This document shows, piece after piece, positions 9,478-18,948 of a stretch of DNA of 55,556 nt (its first letter is position 1; each line of letters starts with the position of its first letter). Both the position numbers and the translations under genes were made by a program. The DNA is from Promethearchaeota archaeon. GTDB taxonomy: Archaea > Asgardarchaeota > Lokiarchaeia > Sigyniarchaeales > SOKP01. The stretch is taken from contig JBHLMP010000003.1 of assembly GCA_048938025.1 (NCBI GenBank), positions 10,952 to 66,507 of the forward strand. Direction: 5' to 3'. The notes beneath the pieces were generated by a model. It saw only the letters and a list, made by a program, of their open reading frames with translations, was not told the origin of the DNA and ran no database searches.

Positions 9478-10173
9478 TCATTTATCTAAATGAGAAGATA
9501 TTAAATTAAGAAGCCATTTCTTTATTTGAGTTAAATTCTTTAATATTCCAGGCATAAGATTTTCAGGAAATGTATGCTCTTGTTCTAATCTTTGAGTTGA
9601 CTCCATCCATTTATTTAAGGCTAATTGGACCAAATTTGAACCTTCAGCTTCCATAAATAAAGGGATAACAGCAGCATTTTCTCTTGCATCACCGATGGTA
9701 AAATAAATCTTTCGATTGATATCCTTTAACATTACAAGATTAACACACTCATCTATTTTTCGTTCTACCAAAATGGCTTTAAGTATTTGTGCTTGAAGAT
9801 CCTTATCTTTAGATCTAAAAATATCTTTTCTTCTTAAAAGAGCTGGCTGAACTTCTGTAATAACTTTTTCACCAGTACTTCCTGTGCTAAAATATTTAGC
9901 GATTCTTACATTATCATCTAAAGCTTGGATAGATGTAAATTTTTTACTATTTGAATATAAAATTGCTTTAGAACCACCTGAGATTTCACTTGATAATAAT
10001 TTAATATAAATATTTCTCATAGTAACGGAATTACAGGTATGATAGGCTAATTCGAATAACTCTCGGGAACTTAAAGGTTTGTAAGGTATTTCAATATGTT
10101 TGAAAAGCCATTGAGAAGAAATAACGTCATTAAATTGAATAAGAAGTCGATTTTCCATAATTAAAATAAACAC
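9478..10173 (-). CDS. Hypothetical protein
   Basis: 231-aa ORF downstream of SepSecS, no recognised motif. Confidence 0.6.
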   Translation of the reverse strand: MFILIMENRLLIQFNDVISSQWLFKHIEIPYKPLSSRELFELAYHTCNSVTMRNIYIKLLSSEISGGSKAILYSNSKKFTSIQALDDNVRIAKYFSTGSTGEKVITEVQPALLRRKDIFRSKDKDLQAQILKAILVERKIDECVNLVMLKDINRKIYFTIGDARENAAVIPLFMEAEGSNLVQLALNKWMESTQRLEQEHTFPENLMPGILKNLTQIKKWLLNLISSHLDK

Positions 10174-10290
10174 TCAATTATGAATTTATTCTTATAGTGT
10201 TGATTAAAATATAGAACTTCTTATTTTTAACTTTTCCCCCATATGAATATTTCTATTTGATTAGAAATTTTGATTTCTGAGTGTAAACAA

Positions 10291-11655
10291 TTATTGTTTT
10301 ATTTGATTGTAAGCTTTTACAAATCTCTCAACAGCTAATTCGATATCTCTTGTAGTTGCACCAATGGCAGCATTCATAACAATATAAGGAGTCGTATAAT
10401 TTTCACAACATGTTCCAAATGCTGTTTCTTTTGGATTGTAGACTCTTGGACCAGTCACCCGCAAATTGTATAAAGCACCTCCAAGGTTATATAGTTGTTC
10501 TTCTTTTAAGTTTTTTAAAGATAATGCTACTGCTATTGGATTATAAATATCAAGAATTCTTTCATTTATTTTATCTGCTACTATCTTTAGTTTTTTTTCT
10601 AATATTTTACGATTCTGCTGCTGTTCTTCAATTAATTTTTGATATCTATTGATTCCTAATGAAAGAATTGAGATTAAAAAGTTAACAACTGGAGTGGCTG
10701 ATGCACGTCCAGCATAAGTTTGACTAATTTTAATTATCATTTCTTTGCTAGGTGATGCTATTATTGCACCCCCAACTGGAGTTAGAAAATTTTTGTCAGT
10801 TGATTGAATTATCGCATCTACTCTACCAGCATCTATAGCAGCTCTAATTATTTTCATCCATTCAGGGCTTTGAGCTCCATATGCATTTATAATAATATGT
10901 ACTAGGTCATTTTCTTGAGCAAATTTACTAATTTCTTTGATATCATCAGATTCTCTAGGAGGAAAAAAACTGGTGGTTGAAACAATAGCAAAGCAATCAA
11001 TATCTAAATTTTTTTTAATATCTTCAACAGGTATTCTCACAGCATCTCTAAAAATTTTACCTTTAACGATTTTTGCCCTAAAACCCATTAATTCAATTGA
11101 TTTTAATAATGATTTATGATCAATTTGTGGCAACAACACCTTTCTCTTATGAAATAGTGTAGAATCATCCCAATCAGGTCTTAATGCTCCTAAACATAAA
11201 GATAATGACATTCCAGTACATAAAGGCACTACAATTGCTTCATTTATATTTGGTAATCCAATATTTTTCAATAAATTTCGCGCTAAATAATTGGTAATTT
11301 CATACATTATTGATCCTCCAGGTGCTTTAGGTTGTGGAGCTGTTAAAAATCCACTTCTACCTACACCATGACAAAATCCAGCCGAAGTTTTCAAATGAAG
11401 TTTTGATGCAATTCTAGCCTCTCTTTCACCTACCCTAGCAGCGTTATCATCCTTGTCTGTATCCATATTTGAAAGTGTTTCAAGTAAGAATTCTATTTGT
11501 TCATCACTCCATGGTTTTTTTGGAACACTTTTCTGTTCAAATAAGATCTTTATTGGATTTAAGAAATTATTTAATACAACCTGTCCTCGATTCAGCATAT
11601 TTTGAGGAATAGATGAACTTTTAAAATATTTTATAATCTCGTGAAAATTTACCAT
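10291..11655 (-). CDS. spcS: O-phosphoseryl-tRNA(Sec) selenium transferase (SepSecS)
   Basis: MDTD..VGEREAR, HGVGRSG.L.APQPKAPG, QIDHKS, QSTDKNFLTPVGG (PLP Lys), YAGRAS; start reassigned to ATG 11655 because the longer ORF overlaps tRNA-Sec. Confidence 0.95.
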   Translation of the reverse strand: MVNFHEIIKYFKSSSIPQNMLNRGQVVLNNFLNPIKILFEQKSVPKKPWSDEQIEFLLETLSNMDTDKDDNAARVGEREARIASKLHLKTSAGFCHGVGRSGFLTAPQPKAPGGSIMYEITNYLARNLLKNIGLPNINEAIVVPLCTGMSLSLCLGALRPDWDDSTLFHKRKVLLPQIDHKSLLKSIELMGFRAKIVKGKIFRDAVRIPVEDIKKNLDIDCFAIVSTTSFFPPRESDDIKEISKFAQENDLVHIIINAYGAQSPEWMKIIRAAIDAGRVDAIIQSTDKNFLTPVGGAIIASPSKEMIIKISQTYAGRASATPVVNFLISILSLGINRYQKLIEEQQQNRKILEKKLKIVADKINERILDIYNPIAVALSLKNLKEEQLYNLGGALYNLRVTGPRVYNPKETAFGTCCENYTTPYIVMNAAIGATTRDIELAVERFVKAYNQIKQ

Positions 11656-11681
11656 AAAATTCACATCAAAAATGTTAAAAA

Positions 11682-11833
11682 TGGCGGCCCCCAGGGGGAT
11701 ATTCTTAAAAAGAGTAAATCTCTTTTCATATCGAACCCCTATCCCTCCGCAGGATAACTGGGTTTGAAGCCCAGCGTCAAAGACCACTTATCGTCGAGGA
11801 TCGGAATGATCATCAATTCGACCGCTAGGGGCC
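11682..11833 (-). tRNA. selC: tRNA-Sec(UCA), 9/4 fold, two introns (D arm 11788-11816; T loop 11700-11729)
   Basis: 9-bp acceptor GGCCCCTAG/CTGGGGGCC-G-CCA, 7-bp D stem with TGGT loop after splicing, GCTGGG-CTTCAAA-CCCAGT anticodon arm, long variable arm, 4-bp T stem; directly upstream of SepSecS. Confidence 0.93.
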
Positions 11834-11898
11834 ACAAAAATTTATTTTTTAATTTAATTTATCAGTTAATTTAAATGAATTTTATGTTTTTGTTTTAT

Positions 11899-12567
11899 TT
11901 ATTTGATTATTCGATCTTTTATATCTTCACAATTTATACGTCTACAGCCAGGGGTCATCAGCCTGATATTGTAAATATTATCTATGAAATTAACTATAAT
12001 ATGTGAAGTTGCACCGAAGACAACATATTTTTTTCCATTAGGAGCTCTATAATTAAATTTTCCAACACCGATAAGATCTCCTTTAAGCAGGTATGTTCTC
12101 TCTCTATAATTTTTTTTCTCCGCGAAAAAAGATATCGGGATTTTCACTATTTCCTCTACTTCTTCATCTTGTTTTATCATTGTTTGATCTTCATTAATAT
12201 AAGCAACAAATGCAGTAATTATAAAACCTTTTGGCGTTAAATGATCATCAATACAACCTAATAATTTTGGTTTTGATTTTGGAATTCCCAGCTCTTCTTC
12301 TAATTCTCGTAATGCGGTATCCAAAAATGTTTTATCTAACTTAGAGTCAAATTTTCCACCAGGAAAAGACATTTCTCCAGAATGCTTATCTCCTTCTCTC
12401 TTAGTACGCCTAATCATTACCAAGTTAAAAGGTTTATCTTGATAAGGAATTATTAAGAATGTAATAGCGGAATTTATAAAATGTTCATGGTGCATGGAAA
12501 GTCTATCTGAGGAATTGAAGTCTTTTAATTTGCTTTTGATTAAATTTTCATCAAAAATAAGATTCAA
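11899..12567 (-). CDS. Nudix CoA pyrophosphatase-like hydrolase
   Basis: HSGEMSFPGG, TALRELEEELG, VFGATS. Confidence 0.88.
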   Translation of the reverse strand: MNLIFDENLIKSKLKDFNSSDRLSMHHEHFINSAITFLIIPYQDKPFNLVMIRRTKREGDKHSGEMSFPGGKFDSKLDKTFLDTALRELEEELGIPKSKPKLLGCIDDHLTPKGFIITAFVAYINEDQTMIKQDEEVEEIVKIPISFFAEKKNYRERTYLLKGDLIGVGKFNYRAPNGKKYVVFGATSHIIVNFIDNIYNIRLMTPGCRRINCEDIKDRIIK

Positions 12568-12593
12568 TATTTCACACCAATTTATTGAAAATC

Positions 12594-13304
12594 TTAAAAT
12601 TCTTTATTAATGTGATTTCTATGTTTGATATATTCTTTGACATATTTCATTTTATCAATTTTAAATCTTTTTAATCCGAGTTCTGATAAATCAAATTCAT
12701 ATACTCTTTCGATGAAATTAGCAATCATATATGCGGTTGCGCCCCATACGGTATATTTATTTCCATTTTCTTTATCTACATAATTAAAATAAAAAACTGG
12801 GAACATATTTCCATTGATATCAACGGCTTGTTCTCGAAAGTTTGTTTTGTTTATAAAAAAATCAATAGGGATCTTAACAATTTTCTGAACTTCTCTTGGA
12901 TCTTTTATTAATTTCTGATTCTTATCAATAATTCCAATAAATGGTGTAATTATAAATTTGGTCATGGTAGGAAAGTCATCTAGACAACCAATAATTCTAA
13001 TATTTTCTCTAGGAACTCCAATTTCCTCTTCTGCTTCTCTTAAAGCAGTATCTTCTAAGGATTTGTCAAATTGAGATTCATATTTTCCACCTGGAAATGA
13101 CATTTCACCTTTATGTCTGGTCCCTTTATTTGTTCGATGAATTAGAATTAGATCGTATGGTTTATTTTTATAAGGTATAATGGAGAATAGAACTGCTGAA
13201 CTTGTAAAAAAATCATCATTTAAAGAGATTCTTAAAGATGATTTACATGGAATTAATTTATTTTTTACTAAGTTTTCATCAAAGGTTAAATCTAAATCAT
13301 CCAT
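12594..13304 (-). CDS. Nudix CoA pyrophosphatase-like hydrolase (tandem paralog)
   Basis: HKGEMSFPGG, TALREAEEEIG, VWGATA. Confidence 0.88.
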   Translation of the reverse strand: MDDLDLTFDENLVKNKLIPCKSSLRISLNDDFFTSSAVLFSIIPYKNKPYDLILIHRTNKGTRHKGEMSFPGGKYESQFDKSLEDTALREAEEEIGVPRENIRIIGCLDDFPTMTKFIITPFIGIIDKNQKLIKDPREVQKIVKIPIDFFINKTNFREQAVDINGNMFPVFYFNYVDKENGNKYTVWGATAYMIANFIERVYEFDLSELGLKRFKIDKMKYVKEYIKHRNHINKEF

Positions 13305-13390
13305 ATTAGAATTAGCAAAAATTTTAATATATCAAATGTTTAAAAAACATAATCTTTTATCCTAATAAAGTTTTTAGAAAGTGTATAACT

Positions 13391-13684
13391 GTGAAACTTC
13401 CGAAAGAATTGAGAGATAAGAATGATTTAACTAGAGTAGGTAAGGTGAAAACATGTTCTGTAAAAGGATGTAGTGAGAACGCAATTCGTTCACTATCAGA
13501 AAATGCGTGGAAAAAGTATCTTGAAACAGCCCATCTTAAATTTGAAGAAAATCGATTTCATAAAATTTACTTATGTAAAGCCCATTATAATCAATCAAAT
13601 AAGGTTAGAAAATCTCAGGAGAAGATCTATCAGAAAAAGGGTTTTTTGGAAAATGCTACCAAAAAAGGGATAAGGGAGTATTAG
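13391..13684 (+). CDS. Small basic zinc-finger hypothetical protein
   Basis: CSVKGC...IYLCKAHY pattern, 97 aa. Confidence 0.65.
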   Translation: MKLPKELRDKNDLTRVGKVKTCSVKGCSENAIRSLSENAWKKYLETAHLKFEENRFHKIYLCKAHYNQSNKVRKSQEKIYQKKGFLENATKKGIREY

Positions 13685-13806
13685 GGAATTACTGCCATCT
13701 GGTCATAGATTTGATTTATTAAGCCAAATTGACTTTCTATAATTCCTAGGGTAAATAGTGACAATCCTAATAAGAGTATTATAAGTGCAATTAATTTATT
13801 CCTCAT
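13681..13806 (-). CDS. Small membrane peptide (41 aa), absent from the ORF track
   Basis: MRNKLIALIILLLGLSLFTLGIIESQFGLINQIYDQMAVIP*; fills the intergenic gap. Confidence 0.5.
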   Translation of the reverse strand: MRNKLIALIILLLGLSLFTLGIIESQFGLINQIYDQMAVIP

Positions 13807-13856
13807 TTTTATCAAATTTTGAAATTATTCTTAATTATAAAGATTTACTTTATAAC

Positions 13857-14741
13857 TTATTTTGTTAATTCTTCTAATTTATCAACCTTAGCTGTTATTT
13901 TTTTTAATTTTAAGTTAAAATTTTTATCATTCTCTTTGTATTCTTCTTCAGAGATCTCCTTAGCAGAGAATCGACCTTTATTAAGTTTTCGCTCACTTGC
14001 TAATTCTGCTTTTTCCAATTTCAATTCTTGAATCCATAGTTTCATTCCAATAACTAACTCTTCTTTCTCAGTTTCTAAATCTGTTTTTTCTTGCTTGTAT
14101 TTTTCTCTTAGTTTTTCAAAAGTTTCTCGATCAATTTTATGTAATTTGTGTTCTCTTGTTAAATTCTCAAGCTGAAAAATTTTAGATTCAATATTACTAT
14201 TGAGCTTCTGAACTATGAATGGTTCTTCCATTTTTTGCTTAATAACTGTTTCATTTTGTTTAAGCTCCTCAATAAGTGCTTTAACAGCTTCTAATTTTAT
14301 ATTTACCTCTTTTTTAAAGTTGTTATCCCATTCATACCTTGAATCTTTTGTAGATTTTAGAATTTCATCTAATTTTTCAGTTAGTAATTTCTTATTTAAT
14401 TGGATGTCATTATATTCAATGTAAAACACGATTTGCTCTTTTACTTCTTCAGGTAGAGGTTTTACTTCTTCCTTTTCTTTTCCTTTTTTCCCCTTTTTCT
14501 TCTCTTTTTCTACGCTTTTCTCTTCTAATCGTTCCTCTTTTTCTATTTTTTCATCCGATATTAATTCGTCTAGTTTCTCCTTAGTTTCTTTCTTTTCTTT
14601 CTCTTTTTTAGTATCTTTTATTTCAGGAGCTTTTTCTGGCTTTGGGATGCCAATAAGCATAGGTTTACCGCATATGATACAAAATTTATCTGTTTGTTTT
14701 ACAGGGTTTCCACAATACGGACAAAATTTATTTGGACTCAA
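13857..14741 (-). CDS. Zinc-ribbon protein with Lys/Glu linker and CdvA-like coiled-coil C-terminus
   Basis: CPYC..CIIC; repeats KIDRETFEKLREKY and KEISEEEY resembling the CdvA coiled-coil domain. Confidence 0.55.
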   Translation of the reverse strand: MSPNKFCPYCGNPVKQTDKFCIICGKPMLIGIPKPEKAPEIKDTKKEKEKKETKEKLDELISDEKIEKEERLEEKSVEKEKKKGKKGKEKEEVKPLPEEVKEQIVFYIEYNDIQLNKKLLTEKLDEILKSTKDSRYEWDNNFKKEVNIKLEAVKALIEELKQNETVIKQKMEEPFIVQKLNSNIESKIFQLENLTREHKLHKIDRETFEKLREKYKQEKTDLETEKEELVIGMKLWIQELKLEKAELASERKLNKGRFSAKEISEEEYKENDKNFNLKLKKITAKVDKLEELTK

Positions 14742-14931
14742 AATTTCATCATCTAAAAATAGTAAATAGATTATATGATAATTTAAAGTAAACTTATAAT
14801 TAAAATTAATCGAGACCGATTTTTAATTTTTAAAATTAGGATAATCTGTTTTTTCTTTAAAGTTATTAAAATTCTAACAATACATCTAATAACAATTTAT
14901 TTATTTTGTTTATCTTTTTTTGTAATTAGAA

Positions 14932-16350
14932 ATGGATATCGAAAAGAAAATCCCTATTCATATTGGATTATTTGGTCATATTGACTGTGGTAAAACAGCA
15001 ATAGCTAAAGTACTAAGTGAGATAATTTCTACTGCTGGTATTGATGCTCATCCGCAAAGTAAAGAAAGAGGAATTACAATTGATTTAGGCTTTACTAGTT
15101 TTATACTAGATAAATATTTGATTACTTTAGTAGATGGCCCTGGTCATGCTGATTTAATAAAAATTAGTGCCTCATCAGTAGAAATTATCGATTGCGCTCT
15201 AGTGGTTATTGATATAAATAAAGGTCCTCAAGTTCAAACTGGTGAGCATTTAATCATCATTCAATCGCTTAAAATTAAAAAAATTATTGTTTTACTTAAT
15301 AAAATTGATCTTTTTACTGGAAATGTTGTAGAAGAAGTTGAAAAAACCAGGAAGTTCTTTAGATCTACCTCATTTAGTTCAGATGTACCCATTTTTGCTG
15401 TATCTGCGAAAAATGAGATTGGTTTTAATGAATTAAAAGTAGGAATCCTAGAAATGATTAATTCATTAGAAATTAAAAGAGAAATCGGAGGAGATGTTAT
15501 TATTCCAATTGATCACCATTTTCCAATCAAAGGAATGGGTGCAATTTTAACAGGTACAATAATGAGAGGGATAATAAAATTGAATGATATTTTAGAAATT
15601 TTACCAATAAAATCTTCAGGAAGGGTTAAAAGCATTCAGATTTTTCATCAAAACGTTAATTCTGCAAAAGCTGGTGATCGTATCGGGATTAATATAAAAG
15701 GATTAGATTTTAGAAAAGTATTTAGAGGTTGTTATGCTACTAATAATCCAGAATTATTCGATTTTTGTGATACTATTGAGGTAACTGTAAATAGTAATGA
15801 ATTATTCAAACCTAAAACTGGATTTGGTACTCAAATCCACATCACAATTGGAATGGTAACTGTTGTTGGAAATATTTATCCCTTTTATGAAAGAGAAGGA
15901 AAAAGAATTCAAATTGCTATTTCAAATAATGAAGCAGAGTTTAAAGCAATAATAATACTAAAAGAAAGAATTTTAATACCAAAAGAAAGAACTATAATGC
16001 TTTTAAGTCGTTTGGATTTACCCCCAACTACTCTTAGGATAATGGGATCAGCTGAAATAATAAAAATACATACAGTTCCTCCTGTATTTTATAAATATAA
16101 AATTAAGAAAGGGTATATTAAGAATCCCGAACATCCTCAAGGAATTATATGTACTGGATTAGCACAAAGTGGATTTGGTGCGAAAAAGATTATTGGTAGA
16201 AAATTAGAATCCCCTTTCACACAAATTTTAAATACTTTTGGCACCAAAGGTGCTGTAATCGTGGGAATTGAAAATAAAAATTTGCCCATTAAGAAAGGAG
16301 AGCGAGTTCTACTAAAGGAGTTGAGAAGTTTTCAACTAAAAAACATTTAA
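14932..16350 (+). CDS. selB: Selenocysteine-specific elongation factor (archaeal/eukaryote type)
   Basis: GHIDCGKT, PQSKERGITIDLGF, DGPGHADLI, QTGEH, NKID, DHHFPIKG.G; C-terminal FGTKG domain IV; near tRNA-Sec. Confidence 0.93.
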   Translation: MDIEKKIPIHIGLFGHIDCGKTAIAKVLSEIISTAGIDAHPQSKERGITIDLGFTSFILDKYLITLVDGPGHADLIKISASSVEIIDCALVVIDINKGPQVQTGEHLIIIQSLKIKKIIVLLNKIDLFTGNVVEEVEKTRKFFRSTSFSSDVPIFAVSAKNEIGFNELKVGILEMINSLEIKREIGGDVIIPIDHHFPIKGMGAILTGTIMRGIIKLNDILEILPIKSSGRVKSIQIFHQNVNSAKAGDRIGINIKGLDFRKVFRGCYATNNPELFDFCDTIEVTVNSNELFKPKTGFGTQIHITIGMVTVVGNIYPFYEREGKRIQIAISNNEAEFKAIIILKERILIPKERTIMLLSRLDLPPTTLRIMGSAEIIKIHTVPPVFYKYKIKKGYIKNPEHPQGIICTGLAQSGFGAKKIIGRKLESPFTQILNTFGTKGAVIVGIENKNLPIKKGERVLLKELRSFQLKNI

Positions 16351-16390
16351 ATTTTCATAAATTATAATATTAATAATAAAGGTGATAAGG

Positions 16391-16816
16391 ATGGAAAAAG
16401 CTGAAATTGAAATAAACCAAGAAATTCTGGATGAATTAATGCGTAATTTAGAAAAGCTGGAAGCCTCAACAGATTTAGAAGGGACTGCAGTTGTTTCAAA
16501 AACGGGATTAAGAATCGCAAGTTCTGAAACTGCTGATGTAGTATGGGATATCTATAGTGCAAGCCCAGCAACTTTAATTTCACTTGGTGAAAAAATTAGT
16601 CAAGGATTAGAACAGGGTGAATTGAGGGATATTGTTATTAGAGGAACTAAAGGATATACGATTATTTTAGTTGGTGCAGCTGACAATAATTTTATGCTTT
16701 TTACAAATTGTAAAAAAGGTTATAAACTAGGATATTATTTTCATAAAATTAGGAAAGCTTTTAGAGAAATGGAACCTGTTTTAAAGAAAATTGAAACTAA
16801 AGATATGCTATATTGA
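16391..16816 (+). CDS. Roadblock/LC7 domain protein
   Basis: LEGTAVVSKTGLRIAS...GELRDIVIRGTKGYTI; SD GGTGA before ATG 16391. Confidence 0.85.
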   Translation: MEKAEIEINQEILDELMRNLEKLEASTDLEGTAVVSKTGLRIASSETADVVWDIYSASPATLISLGEKISQGLEQGELRDIVIRGTKGYTIILVGAADNNFMLFTNCKKGYKLGYYFHKIRKAFREMEPVLKKIETKDMLY

Positions 16817-16890
16817 GATTTCTCCTTTTTCTTATATGAAGTACTCTTTGAAGATTTATAAATAAAAAAAGATTTATTTTTAGCTAAGTT

Positions 16891-18687
16891 CTAACCATAA
16901 ATCCATTTAACTGTATCTCCATCTTTTAAGTTATATTTATTACAAGAAACTCCTGGAAATTCATCGTTAACCGTATATCGCCAATTTCCTTTTACCCCAT
17001 CCACTTCCTCGACTAGAATCCCCATTTCTCCATAATCATGATATTTGACTTTACACCATGTAATTAATGCATCAAAGGCTGTTGTATTATAATCTGTCAA
17101 ATCAAAATTTTCTATGACTTTTATTGTTCCATTTCCATAATCTACAATTAATGTAATATCTTCAACTTCTCTTTGTGGTTTATTTACTTCACCAACCTCT
17201 ATACTCGAGGAAAACACAAAGAAAGACGTAAAACTAGCTATTGCTATAATTGCTACTAAAATATATTTATTAAATTCCTTAATTTTGCTATTTACTTTCG
17301 AAGCAATTAGAGTAGTTATAGCTGATATAAGACTTATTGATATAATAATCAAATAAGGTAAAAAATCTAATAAGAAATTAGTTTTATGAGGTGATTCTAC
17401 TTTAAGTTCCCAAGGAATATATCCATCAATTGCCATCTCAAGCAAATAACTACCAACAGAAGTTTTAGTCCATAATAGAAGCCCTGTCCACTTCTCATAA
17501 ATCAAAGAAGTTTCTTGACCTCCGCCTTCTTGAATAAAAATTATCTTTATCGTTAGATCAGACTCTTCTATATTAACTACTCCGCTTACAAAACCTTCTG
17601 CTTCTTGTAAAGCTAATTTCTTCACCCTAGTAATATTTTCCATAATTTGTATAAGAAGTCCCGGTTGAAAATTGTTATACCCAAGTGTGAGAGCCCATGC
17701 TATTTCACTATTTGAACGATTAGTCAATGTAAAATTAGTTTGTAAAATGTCAGAAATGTTCTCAAATATCGCGATATCGAACCAAGCAATTGGATCATCA
17801 AAAACATTACCCCAATCATTCGGATCCTTATTATAGAAACCAGTAAAGTTTACAACTATTTCCCCACCAATGTTAGACTTCCAATCTCCTTCATACGAAT
17901 CTCCTGGCCATGGAGTAAAGTTGTACCAACCTACTGCTCCACCAAATTGAAGAACGTTATAACTTAAACCTGAAGAATAATCTAATGTAAAATTTACGCA
18001 TCTAAATTCAAGAAGATACCCAAAGACACTAGTTTTGGCCCATACCAATACTCCCGACTTTTTATCATAAATCAAATGTGTTTTTTGATCTCCACCAATT
18101 TGATCAAAACCAACATAAAAAAAATTATAAGTTTCTTCAATCTTTACATCTCCTTTGATATCATATAATCCTCCTGGATCAGCTTGATTTAAAGCTAATT
18201 TTTCAATATATGTCAAGTTACTGATAGGTATTAAAAAACCTGGTTGAAACATGTTAAATCCAAAAGTTAAAGCTCTCGCAACTTCGCTATTAGACCTATT
18301 GTTTAAAGTAAGGTTAGCTTTTAATAGACCAAGATTATATTCATAGATTTCAATGTCAAGCCAAGGAATAGGATCCTCAAATACATTACCCCAATCATTA
18401 GGATCCTTGGCATAAAATCCTGTAAAATTGATCTTAATCTGGCCTCCAGTATTCGTTCTCCAATTACCTTCAAAAGAGTCTTCTGGCCATGGAGTAAAAT
18501 TGTACCAACCAACGGCATCACCAAATTGAGATACATTGTAAACATATGTCTTATCTAAATCAAGGTCTTGGTAATATTTGGATGGAATTTCTGGATTTGT
18601 TTTCACATTTGGAGTAAAACTTAGAAATAATAATTGAATTAATATCAAAACAGTAAAGAAGTATGCTATATTCTTTATACTTTTCAT
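16891..18687 (-). CDS. Membrane-anchored surface protein with two ~190-aa repeats and a C-terminal DUF4430 (transcobalamin C-terminal-like) domain
   Basis: Signal-like N-terminus; duplicated AVGWYNFTPWP..FTGFY.KDPNDWGNVF; two TM helices; TAFDAL..GILVEEVDGV..WRYTVN..YNLKDGDTVKW. Confidence 0.75.
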   Translation of the reverse strand: MKSIKNIAYFFTVLILIQLLFLSFTPNVKTNPEIPSKYYQDLDLDKTYVYNVSQFGDAVGWYNFTPWPEDSFEGNWRTNTGGQIKINFTGFYAKDPNDWGNVFEDPIPWLDIEIYEYNLGLLKANLTLNNRSNSEVARALTFGFNMFQPGFLIPISNLTYIEKLALNQADPGGLYDIKGDVKIEETYNFFYVGFDQIGGDQKTHLIYDKKSGVLVWAKTSVFGYLLEFRCVNFTLDYSSGLSYNVLQFGGAVGWYNFTPWPGDSYEGDWKSNIGGEIVVNFTGFYNKDPNDWGNVFDDPIAWFDIAIFENISDILQTNFTLTNRSNSEIAWALTLGYNNFQPGLLIQIMENITRVKKLALQEAEGFVSGVVNIEESDLTIKIIFIQEGGGQETSLIYEKWTGLLLWTKTSVGSYLLEMAIDGYIPWELKVESPHKTNFLLDFLPYLIIISISLISAITTLIASKVNSKIKEFNKYILVAIIAIASFTSFFVFSSSIEVGEVNKPQREVEDITLIVDYGNGTIKVIENFDLTDYNTTAFDALITWCKVKYHDYGEMGILVEEVDGVKGNWRYTVNDEFPGVSCNKYNLKDGDTVKWIYG

Positions 18688-18948
18688 AATTTTAACTCGT
18701 TCTATTTTGTGGGCTTTAGATCTTTTGTTCAAATGTTTATTTAATTGACCAACTTAGCCTATATTTTATAAATTAAACAAGTATTTAAAATTTTTTAGAG
18801 AACGCAATTTAATAAATAACGAATGGCTAATAATCTATATTTTTTTGATTTTACATCTCTATAACCCTTCAGGCGGTTCTGAATCCAAATACAATCCTCT
18901 TAAATTTTTTAGATGTTCAAAGCATAAAATCCACACGTAAAATCTATT

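Noticed and set aside
11656-11787. 44-aa N-terminal extension of SepSecS in the ORF track
   Set aside because: It is an incidental open frame running through the tRNA-Sec gene.
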